This document shows positions 25,401-37,400 of a DNA stretch of 64,000 nt, piece by piece. Under the pieces are notes generated by a model. The model worked only from the letters and a program-made list of their open reading frames with translations, searched no databases and was not told the DNA's origin. Source of the stretch: Mobula hypostoma (Eukaryota); NCBI RefSeq assembly GCF_963921235.1, contig NC_086108.1, positions 82,462,001 to 82,526,000 on the forward strand. Direction: 5' to 3'. The position numbers were made by a program, and so were the translations under genes. Numbering within the stretch: position 1 is the first letter of the stretch; each line of letters starts with the position of its first letter.

Positions 25401-28400
25401 TGAGAAAAATATTGGATTATTTTTCCTCAATAAATAAATGAACGCATATAATGTTATTTGTGCTATTTATTTAAGTGGGTACTCTTTATCGAGGTTTAGG
25501 ACTTCCGTGAAGATCTGATCACATTTTAGGTCATATTTGTGCAGAAGTCCAGGATTCACAAATTTTCTAGCACCACTGTATATTGAAGCAAGCCTGAAAC
25601 GTGGGTGACACAGTGGTTTTATGCAACTGATGCATTTCACTGTGTTTCGATGTGTATGTGGAAAAAAAAAGCTAATCTTTTAAAAACGCAAACAACAGGA
25701 ATTCTGCAGATGCTGGAAATTCAAGCAGCACACATAAAAGTTGCTGGTGAACGCAGCAGGCCGGGCAACATCTCTAGGAAGAGGTGCAGTTGACGTTTCA
25801 GGCTGAGACCCTTCATCAGGACTAACTGAAGGAAGAGTGAGGAAGAGTGAGCTAATCTTTTAATCATTTTTAAAGAATATAGTGGAAATGTGATAATTCT
25901 GAGAGCTTTGAGTTTTTTAATGATATTACTACAACTCTACTGGAATTTGAGGGAAACCCCCACATCTGGTTCACTAATGTGCTTCAGTTCAAGGAATCAG
26001 CCATCGTTCCTGGTTTGGGCTTTATGTGCTTGACTCTTAACGCTTTCTCGGCACGGATAAACAGAAAATGCCATCCTTTGTTAGCGATACTCGCACTGTG
26101 TAAATATGCAAATAGTTGAGGAGAGTTTGCATTTTACAGAAGGATTAGGTAATTAATCTTCCCATAATGCATCAACATTAGGTAAAATGGAACAAATGAT
26201 AGTGGCTTATTACAAGTGGTGATATAACTGTTTTGTTGCTCTAACTAAAGTAACAGCAAATAAGAAGTTTGCTACATACTATCTCCCTTTGAATCTAATA
26301 GTGTTGTTCTGTTCCTTTGTCATTGCATCAGCTCAGAAAAGGGTTTAATATATTTTTAAACCACTAACCCTAACCATTTTTGGAATGTGGGAGGAAAGCA
26401 GAGCACTTGGAGAAAGCCACAGAGTCACAGGCATAAAGTACAAACTCCTTATGGGCAGTGGCAGAAATTGAACCCTGATCTTACAGCTGGCACTGTATCA
26501 GTTCTGCTCTGCGGGTAACCAAGAGGTACTAGACCAATATCTGTGACACTGCATATCATTTCTCCCCCTGCACGGTGTCTATATTTACTCAGTACTTTTT
26601 AATCTGAAAGTTCAGTTTGTACACAGCACAGTATAAAAGGTCATATTTGTCAATAGAGTATGGAATGTGTTGGGGCCCCAATACATTGCGTTTTGTGTCT
26701 GTTCTACGTGGCTACAGGTGGAGGGAGGCTTTTTTAACATGTACTTGCTGGTTTTTATTTGTGACATATTGCTTTAAAAGAGATACAGTATATAATGTTT
26801 GGACCTGTCAGTTAAAAAGATCTGAGGTGGTAATGTATAAGAATGGGAAGTTATACAGTTCACTTTCAGATTCTTTTTGAAAAATTGCATTCTTGCAATG
26901 TAACTGGACGAAGTGCTCTTTACCGTGGGATTATTCTTAACACGTAACACCGCGGAAGAATGCATTAACGATTGTTTACATTTGATATTTCAGAGTAGAA
27001 GATGATGCAGAAATTTTGTATTTGCTTTTGTATATGGATTTGCATTGAAATTCATTAACATTCTGGCTGTGTTCCAATACAAAGGAGGAGGAGGAATGTT
27101 GCTTTAGTAACATTTTGTTCATTATATATTACAGCTTTAAAGGATGCAAAGTGTCAGTACCTGGACAGAGATCAGGTGAGTTTTAACAATTTCCTTCCTA
27201 TACTTGAGGTCACAGTCCCACAGTACTCTGTTGCGTGCTGTAGCATTCCCCATGCCCTAGCACCCCCTACCCTCTTTCTCCCCCCCCCCCCGGAAGTGGA
27301 TGGGGAAATGCGGAGTTATAGGGAGTGGAGGGGAGCAGGAGGCACGTTCTGTGGGTGTGGTGGAGAGCAAAGGGATGAGTTCAGTGGATGGATGGTGGAT
27401 TCTTGGGGGAGAAGAGGGTCAAGAAGAATTGTGATGGGACTGTAATAGGTAGGAGGAAGTAGAAACATAGAAACAGCACCTGTAACCTACTTCAGAAGCT
27501 GCCTAGAATGACCCTACTTCATAGCCCTCTATTTTTCTAAGCTCCATGTACCTATCTAAGAGTCTTTTAAAAGATGCTATTGTATTGCTTCCACCACCAC
27601 CGCCGGCAGTGCATTCCATGCACCCATCACTTTCTGTGTGAAAAACTTACCTCTGACATCCCTCTTGTACCTACTTCCAAGCACTGTAAAACTATGCCCC
27701 CTCGTGTTAGCCATTTCAGCCCTGGGGAAATGACCTCTGGCTAACCGCAGGATGATCATCTTGTACACCTCTGTCAGGTCACCTCTCATTCTCCGTTGCT
27801 CCATGGAGAAAAGGCCAGGTTCAGTCAACCTATTCTCATAAGGCATGCTCTCCAATCCAAGGAACATCCTTGTAAATCTCCTCTGCACTCTCTCTATGGT
27901 AACCACATCCCTCCTGTAGTGAGGTGACCAGAACTGAACCCAGTACTCCAAGTCGGGTCTGACTAAGGTCTTGTATAGCTGTAACATTACCTCATGACTC
28001 TTGAACTCAATCCCATGGTTGATGAAGGCCTGCAAGTCGAGTCTAAACCCTCTCCAACAGCATTTGCAAACCTCCCTTGCAAGATATTGGTTCCCCTCCA
28101 GTTCAGGTGCAACCCGTCCCACTTGTACAGGTCACCCCCCCCCCCCCAGAAAAGGTTCCAATGATCCAAGAACCTGAAATCCTGCCCCCTGCACCATTTC
28201 CTCAGCCACTCATTTGTCTGCGCTATCTTCCTGTACTGATCTTCACTAGCTTGTGGCACTGGGAGTAATCCAGCGATTACCACCTTGGAGGTCCTGTTCT
28301 TCAGCCTCCTTCCTGACTCCCTGAACTTACTGCGCAGGACCTCTACCCTTCTCCTGCCTGTGTCATTGGTACCAATATGTACCACGGCCTCTGGCAACTC

Positions 28401-31400
28401 ACCCTCCCCTTCAAGAATATTCTGCAACTGCTCAGACATTCTGGACACTAGCATCATACAAGCTGTTTCATGGCACAGTGCTGGAAATGTTTTGGAGTAA
28501 TGCATTGTTTATGCCTTCTAGTTCAAGGATCCTTTGGCCCATTGGCTAGAGATGTGGATAGCCTGGCATTATGTATGAAAGCCCTGTTGTCTGAAGACAT
28601 GTTCCATTTGGATGCCTCAGTGCCACCTCTCCCCTTCAATGATGAGGTATGTGGGATGTGATAATATTTATACTGTGTGCAGGATGTTTGAAAGCTTTTG
28701 CCTGTCGTTATAATTATAATGTGTTTAGTACCAATTATGTAAAGTTCTATGCTGTTATGCCATAACATCAAAATTTGATACATGGCAGATTTTATACATT
28801 TGAGGTCCCGTCGGGACTTTGTGCATGGGTATATTTATATACCTTAGACCAGTTCTTCCAATGACTTTTTAAAAAGTTTTCAATCTCATGATGTCAGTGA
28901 CAGCCAGACCAGCACCTTTCTTCTTCTGTAATTGCCAATGAGCTCAATAGTAAACCAACTTTCCCAATAAATGTTAAGAAAAATAGACCAAAGTCAGCAT
29001 GCTCTCCTTCAGGAGAAATCTGGCCTGTCAAATCTGTTGAATTCTATGAGGAAATAACTGTCAGGATGGACAAAAGGTGGATGTCATTTACCTGGATTTT
29101 CAAAAGTCCATTACAAGGTGCTGCATATGAGGCTTTTAAACAAGAGCTCAAGGTATCACAGGAAAGATACTAGCATGGATAGAAGATTGTCTAACTGGCT
29201 GTAGGCAAAGAGTAGGAGTAAAGGGGGTTGTATCTGGTTGATTGCCAGTGATTAGTGGTGTTCTGCAGGGGTCGATGCTGGGATCACTTTTTTTCACGTT
29301 ATACATACAGTGCAAAAGGCTTGGGCATATCTATATATCTTGGGTGCCTAAGACTTTTGTAAGCTAAGACCCTAACGATAAGATGCGCCTAAGACTTTTA
29401 CTGTATATTACCAAATAACACTTAATACTACTGATCTAATACAAAGCTAAGTTCCTTTATTTCTGTTTCTCAACCACCTTCCTTCCTATTTTAAACAATA
29501 CACCGTACTGTGCAAAATCCTTAGGCACCCCAGCGCTATATATGCACCTAAGACTTTTGCACAGTATTGTATGTCAATGATTTAGATGATGGAATCTTTG
29601 ATATCCTCGTTTGCAGACCCCAGTCAGTTTGGATTTGCAACAACATCTCCTCCACAATCTTCATCAGCACTGGTGCACCACAGGCTGTGTGCTTAGCCCC
29701 CTGTTCTACTCACTTTCCAAGCACAGCTCCAATACTATATTTAAGTTTGCTGATGACACTACTGTCACTGGCAGAATCAGCATATAGGGGAGAGATTGAA
29801 AATCTGGCTGAGTGGTGCCACAATAATAACCTCTCATTCAATGTCAGCAAGACCAAGGAGCTGACTATTGACTTGAGGAGGAAACTGGAAATCCATGAGT
29901 CATTCCTTCTCTCCATATCCTCTGATGCCCTGACCGATCAGGAAATGATCAACTTCCAACTTAAACATATACACGGACTTGGCCTCCACCGCAGTCTGTG
30001 GCAGAGCATTCCACAGACTCACTACTCTCTGGCTTAAAAAAAAATTCATCCTTTCCTCTGTTCTAAAGGATTGCCCCTCAATTTTCAGGCTGTGCCCTCT
30101 AGTTCTGGACAATCTCTTCTCACTTGCTGCATCAGGAAGAAGGCATAGGAGCCTCAGGATCCACACCACCAGGTTCAGGAACAGTTATTACCCCTCAACC
30201 AAGAGGCTCTTGAACCAGAGGAGATAACTTCACTTGCTCCATCATTGAACTGTTCCCACAACTTATGGACTCACTTTTAAGGTCTCTTCATCTCATGTTT
30301 TTTTTTGGTATTTATTACTTATTATTTTGGGCAGCTATAGGCCAGTTAGCTTAACATCTGTAGTCGAGAAAATGCTTGAAGTTGTAATTAAGGAAGAAAT
30401 AGCAAAACATTTAGAAAGGAGTGATTCCATTAGACAGACGCAGCATGGATTCAGAAAGGGCAGGTCCTGTTTGACAAACTTACTGGAGTTCTTTGAGGAC
30501 GTAATGAGTGCAGTGGATAGAGGGGAACAGGTGGATGTCGTAAACTTGGATTTCCAGAAGGCGTTCGATAAGGTGCCGCACAAAAGAGTTATAAATAAGG
30601 TACGGATGCATGGAGTTGGAGGAAGTGTACTGGCATGGGTAGTGGATTGGTTAACAGATAGCAGGCAGAGAGTTGGTATAAATAGGTGTTTCTCTGGTTG
30701 GCAGTCAGTGGTGAATGAGGTGCTGCGGGGGTCGGTGTTGGGCCCGCAACTGTTTACCATTTACATTGATGATTTGGAAGAGGGGACTGAGTGTAGCGTA
30801 GCAAAATTTGCTGATGACACCAAACTAAGTGGAAAAGCAAATTGTACAGGGGATGTGGAGAGTCGACAGAGGGATATAGATAGGTTAAGTGAGTGGGCCA
30901 AGGTCTAGCAGATGGAATACAATGTTGGTAAATGTGAGATCATCAGCTTTGAAAGGAATAATAGAAGAGCAGATTATTATTAGTTGATCGTTTCCTGATC
31001 GGTCAGGGCATCAAAGGATATGGTGAGAAGGCAGGTGTATGGGATTGAGTGGGATCTGGGATCAGCCATGATGGAATGCTGGAGCAGACTCGATGGGCTG
31101 AATGGCCTAATTCTACTCCTCTGTCTCATGGTCTTATGGGCTAAAATGAACCTCTGGGTAGTATATGGTGACATGTATGTACTTTGATAATAGATTTACT
31201 TTGAACTTGGAATCAATGGCTTTATGGTCAAGTTTGCTGACGATATGAAGATGGGTGGAAGGGCAAGTAATGCTGAGGAAGCGAGGAGTCTGTGGAAGGA
31301 CTTAGATTAGGGAAATAGGTAAGGAAGTTGCAGATGGAACATAGTGGAGGAAAGTGTATGATCATGCATTTTTGTAAAAAGAGTAAAGGTGTAGACTATT

Positions 31401-34400
31401 TACTAAATGTGGAGAAAGTTCATTAATCGAAGGTGCAAAGGGATTTGTCAGTCCTTGTGCAGGATTCCCCAGAGGTTCATTTGCTGGGAGAGTCAGAGGT
31501 AAAGAAGGCATATGCTAAGTTAGCAATGATTTTAAGTGGACTGGAATATAAGAGTAAGGACATAATGCTGAGGTTTTATAAGGCATTGGTCAGATTGCAC
31601 CGTGAGCAGCTTTGGGTCCTTTATCAAAGGAAGGATGTCCTGTTATTGAAGTCCAGAGGAGGTTCACAAGAATGATGCTGGGAATGAACCCAAAAGGTAC
31701 TAATATCCTGGCAGGATTGTTTAATATAGCTGTTAGGGAGGGTTTAAACTAAGATGGCAAGGGGAAGGAAACCAAGGTGTTAGGGTCGAGGAAGAGGAAA
31801 ATAGAAATACGTCAAAAATACTGTGCAGCAAAGATCGCAAGAAGGACAGGCCAGTGAATATACAGGATAATTTGCTGCAAAATAGAAATATAGCAAAATT
31901 GACAACGGATACTGATCTAAACGTACTGTACTTAAATGCACGCAGCATTAGAAATAAAGTGGATGACCTTGCTGCACAGCTGCAGGTTAAAAGATATGAC
32001 ATTGTGGCCATCACTGAGTCATGGCTAAATGATGGATGTGATTGGGAGCTGAATATCCAAGGATTCACAGTGTATAGGAAAGATAGGAAGGTAGGTAAAG
32101 GGGGTGGCGTGGCCCTGATGGTAAGTAACAATAGCAAATTAGGATCAGAAGAGGTAGAATCCTTATGGGTAGAATTAAGAAATGGCAAGGGTAAAAAGAC
32201 ACTATTACCAGTTATATACAGGCCTCCAAACAGCAGTCGGGATGTGGACTACAAGTTGCAGCTGGAAATAGAAAAAGTGTGTCAGAAGGAAAATGTCAAG
32301 ATAATTACGGGGGATTTTAATATAAAAGTGGATTGGGAAAGTCAGGAAGGTAATGGATCTCAGGAGAGGGAGTTTGTAGAATGCCTACAGGATGGCTTTT
32401 TGGAGCAGCTTGTCCAGAAGCCCACCAGCGGACCGGCTGTTTTGGACTGGATGCTGTGTAACGAACCTGAGGCGATTAGGGAGCTGGAGGTAAAGGAACC
32501 CCTTGGAAGTAGTGATCATAATATGATTGAGTTCAGTTTCAAATTTGAAAAGGAGAAGCTGGTATCAGGTGTATCGATATTTCAGTGGAACAATGGAAAT
32601 TACAGAGGTATGAGAGAGGAACTGGCCCAAGTCGATTGGAAAAGTAAGCTAAATGGAGGGATGGCAGATCAGAATTGGATGAAATTCCTACAAGAAATAA
32701 GGAAAATGCAGGAAAAATATATTCCAAGAAAAAAGAACATCATGAATGGAAAAATGGCACAAATGCGGCTAACGAGAGAGGTTAAGGCAAAAATAAAAGC
32801 AAAAGAAACGGCGTACAAGGAAGAAAAAAATTAGTGAGAAAAATGAGGACTGGAAGACTTTTAAAAACTTACAGAAGGAAACTAAGAAAGTCATTCGGAA
32901 AGAAAAGATGAATTATGAAATGAAGTTGGCGATTAACATAAAAAAGGATACCAGGAGTTTTTTTAAATATATGAGGAGTAAGAGTGACAAGGGTAGGTAT
33001 GGGACCGATTGAAAATGATGCTGGAGAAATTATAATGAATAACAAAGAGATGGCGGAGGAACTGAATGAGTATTTTGCGTCAGTCTTCACAGTGGAAGAC
33101 ATGAGCAATATACCTGATAGCCAGAGGTATCAGGGAATAGAATTAGGTACAGTCAAGATTACTAGAGAGAAAGTGCTTGGGAAGCTAAGTGGACTAAGAA
33201 TAGATAAGTCTCCCGGTCCAGATGAGGTGCACCCAAGGGTTCTGAAGGAGGTGGCTTTGGAGATTGTGGAAGCATTGGAAATGATCTTCCAGGAAGCAAT
33301 AGACTCTGGCATGGTTCTGGAAGATTGGAAAGTCACAGATGTGGTTCTGTTATTTAAGAAAGGAAGGAGGCAGCAAAAAGAAAATTACAGACCTATTAGT
33401 CTGACATTGGTAGTTGGAAAGGTATTGGAGTCAATCCTCAAGGATGAGGTTATGAAATACCTCAAGGTGCATGACAAGATAGGCCGAAGCCAGCATGGTT
33501 TCATAAAGGGAAGATCCTGCCTCACCAACCTATTGGAATTTTTTGAGGTAATCTCGAATAAGATTGACAAGGGAGAGGTTGTGGATGTTGTGTGTTTGGA
33601 TTTTCAAAAGGCCTTCGATATGGTGCCACTTATGAGGCTGCTTAATAAGATGAGAGCCCATGGAATTACAGGACAGATATTGGAATGGATGGAGCATTGG
33701 CTGATAGGCAGAAAACAAAGGGTGGGAATAAAGGGATCCTATTCTGATTGGTTGCTGTTTAAGAGTGGTGTTCCGCAGGGGTCGGTGTTGGGGCCGCTTC
33801 TTTTTACGATGTACATCGATGATTTGGATTATGAATTAAATGGTTTTGTGGCTAAATTTGCGGATGACACCAAGATGGGTGTAGGAGCAGGAAATGTTGA
33901 AGAAACGGAAAGGTTGCAGAGAGACTTAGTCAGTTTAGGAGAGTGGGCAAAGAAATGGCAGATGAGATACAACGTTGACAAATGTACGGTTGTACATTTC
34001 GGAAGAAGAAATAATCGAGCAGATTATTATTTAGATGGGGAGAAAATTAAAAAATCGGAAGTGCAAAGGGACTTGGGGGTCCTCGTGCAGGATACTCTAA
34101 AGGTTAACCACCAAGTTGGATTGGCAGTAAGGAAAGCGAATGCTATGTTGGCATTCATTTCAAGAGGAATAGTGTATAAGAGTAAGGAGGTGTTGATGAG
34201 GCTCTATGGGGCATTAGTGAGACCTCATTTGGAACACTGTGTGCAGTTTTGGGCCCCCTATCTTAGAAAGGATGTACTGATTTTGGAGAGAGTTCAGAGA
34301 AGATTTATGAGGATGATTCCTGGAATGCAGGGGCTAACATATGAGGAGCGTTTGTCGGCTCTTGGACTGTACTCATTAGAGTATAGAAGAATGAGAGGGG

Positions 34401-37400
34401 ATCTCATAGAAACATTTCGAATGTTGAAAGGGTTGGACAGAGTAGATGTGGAAAGGTTGTTTCCCTTGGTGGGTGAGTCCAGGACAAGAGGCCATAGTCT
34501 TAGAATTAGAGGGTACCCAATTAAAACAGAGATGAGGAGAAATTTTTTTTAGCCAGAGGGTCGTGGATTTGTGGAATTCATTGCCACATACAGCTGTGGA
34601 GGCCCAATCATTGAGGGTGTTTAAGGAGGAGATTGACAGGTATCTAATTAGTCAGGGTATCAAGGGATATGGGGAAAAAGTGGGAAATTGGAACTAGATG
34701 GGAGAATAGTTTAGCTCATGGGGGAGCTGCGGAGCAGACTCGATGAGCCGAATGGCCTACTTCTGCTCCTTTGTCTTGTAATGAAAAGGTTAATGTACCA
34801 GGAATGTTTGGTGGCTCTGGGCCTGTACTCACTGCAGTTTCGAAGAATGAATGGGGCACTTCACTGAAACCTGTTGAATATTGAAAGGCCAAGATAGAGT
34901 AGAAGTGGGGGACTCCAGGGCCAGAAGGCAGTCTCAGAATAGAAGAACATCCCTTTAGAACTGAGATGAGAAGGAATTTCTTTAGCCAGAGGGTGGTGAA
35001 TCTGTGGAATTCATTGCCACGGACAGTTGTGGAGGCAAGACATTGGTTATATTTGTGATGTGATGCTGAGGCTTTATAAGGCACTGCTGAGGCCTCGCCT
35101 TGAGTATTGTGAGCAGTTTTGGCCCCTCATCTTAGAAAGGATGTGCTGGCATTGGAGAGGGTCAGAGGAGGTTCACAAGGATGATTCCAGGACTGAAAAT
35201 GTTATCATACAAGGAACGTTTGATGGCTCTGGGTCTGTACTTGCTGGAATTCAAAAAGGATGAGGGGGGATCTCACTGAAACCTTTCGAATATTGAAAGG
35301 CCTAGGTAGAATAGATGTGGAAAGGATGTTTCCCATGCTGGGAGAGTCAAGGACAAGATTCAGGATAGAGGGGTGCCCTTTCAAAACACAGATGTGGAGA
35401 AATTTCTTTTAGCCAAAGGGTGGTGAATTTGTGGAATTTGTTGCCACACGCAGCTGTGGAGGCCAGGTCGTTGGGTGTATTTAAGGCAGAGATTGATAGG
35501 TTCTTGATTGAACATGGCATCAAAGGTCTCGGGGAGAAGGCCGGGAACTGGGGTTGAGGAGGAGATTTTTTTTTAAAAAAAAGGGATCAGCCATGATTGA
35601 GTGGTAGACCAGATGGCCTAATTCTGCTCCTTTGTCTTATATTTACTGTTAATTGGGGGTTGATGGGTTCTAAATTAGTAAGGACATCAGACTGTGGGCA
35701 GAGGACAGGAAAATGGGGTTGAGGGGGGTTACTAAATCAGCCATGATGGAATGGCGGAGAAGACCCGATGGACCAAATGACCTATTTCTGTTCCTATGTC
35801 TTATGGTCTTTTATTCTAATCTGGTAGTTTCGTAGACACTGTTACATTATTGGATTTCTAATTGAATATACAAGTACTTAATTGCTTAAAGTAAAAGTCC
35901 TTAGCTGGTGTGACTGCATACAAGCTCACCGGGCCTGAGTTCTGTCGGGATACCAATCCAGTAAAGTAACTCTCCACCCCACTTTGATCCATTATCTACA
36001 TAATTTGTTTAGTTTCATAGGTCGAATGCTTTACTGAATTACTGACATGTTTTCAGTATAAGATTATGATTGCATTTTCCTTTAAAACAACACTGACATT
36101 TTCTTCAATTGTAGTACCTCACTTTAGTGTTTCTTCCATCATTTCAGTTTCACCCCTGTGCATCCAATGAGTGCAATTGCTAAATGGAGCCAAGTTAGAG
36201 ATCATTTAGTGTTGTCATGTAGTCACAATTTAAAAAGGGCTGGTCTGAAACACTGCTAGATGCCTTCCAATTACTTTTCCAATATGTGCTTGAAATAGTC
36301 AGTGTATATTTGTGGTCTTCTGCTGCTGCAGCCCATCTACTTCAATGCTCAACATCTTGCGCACTCAGATTCTTCTCTGCACATCACATTATAACTCGTG
36401 GTATATGAGTTACAGTTGTCTTCCTGTCGATTTGAACCAGTCTGGCCAATCTCCTCTGACATCTCTCATTAATGAGGCATTTTCGAACACAAAACTGCCA
36501 CTCACTAGATGTTTATTTTTTGCTTTTCACACTGTTCTCTGTAAACTCCAGACATTGCTGTGTGTGAAAAATCCCAAGAGATCAGCAGTTTCTGAGATAC
36601 TCAAACCACCCTGTCTGGCACCAACAATCCTTCCATGATCAAAGTCTTTTAGATCACTTTTCTTCCACATTCTGATATTTGGTCCGAACAACAACTGAAC
36701 CTCTTGACCGTGCCAGCATGCTTTTATCCATTGAGTTGCTGCCACATGATTGGCTGATTGGATATTTGCATGAATGATCATATCTACCTAATGAAGTGAT
36801 CACTGAGTGTATGTTGCAAATATGTTGAAACAGTGTCAGTGGAAACAACTAAATTCACAGAGCAGTCTTTTTTTAATGATGATAAAATTATATAACAACT
36901 CAGAAGTGCACTGACATTAATAACAAGGATGATGGTGGGAAAAGTGTGGCAAGAGAGATTTTCATTACATTGATTTAGTTAGATTTCAGAGCTGAAAGGC
37001 ACTTTTTAAAAATCTATTTTGATCAATTGTCTGAGCTTCATTTTGGCAAAAAGTTATTGATCAGAGTGGTTAGACCATAAGACATAAGAGCAGAATTAGG
37101 CCCTTCAGCCCATTGAGTTTTCTCCGCCATTCCATCATGGCTGATCCCCGATCCTACTGAACCACATACACTTTCCTTCTTGACGTATCCTTTGATGTCC
37201 TGACTCTCCAGCAACACACAGAAAATGCTGGAAAAACTCAGCAGGTCAGGCAGCATCCATGAAAATTAATAAATGCCCTTTCTATCAGGGCGAGACCCTT
37301 CATCAGGACTGGAAAGGAAAAGTGAGGAAGCCAGAATAAAAAGTTGGAGGGAACAGAAGGAGGGCCATTCTAGAAGGTGCCAGGTGGGTGGGAAAGGTAA

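Larger units (their letters stand above)
23520..25683 (+). mobile_element. V-type SINE fragmented by Tx1, Tc1 and Penelope insertions (pieces about 23520..23660, 24001..24024 and 25579..25683)
   Basis: tRNA-like head at 23520; body and tail are the reverse complement of the 4100..4370 copy. Confidence 0.55.
28984..35810 (+). mobile_element. Old CR1 RT/3' fragment hosting several nested insertions (host pieces about 28984..29303, 29570..29600, 31210..31688, 34780..35050 and 35640..35810)
   Basis: The RT reading order (QHA..K, D..K..DKV, SGV.QGS, YVNDLD, KFADD, QRDL, 3' tail) continues across the inserts. Confidence 0.8.
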
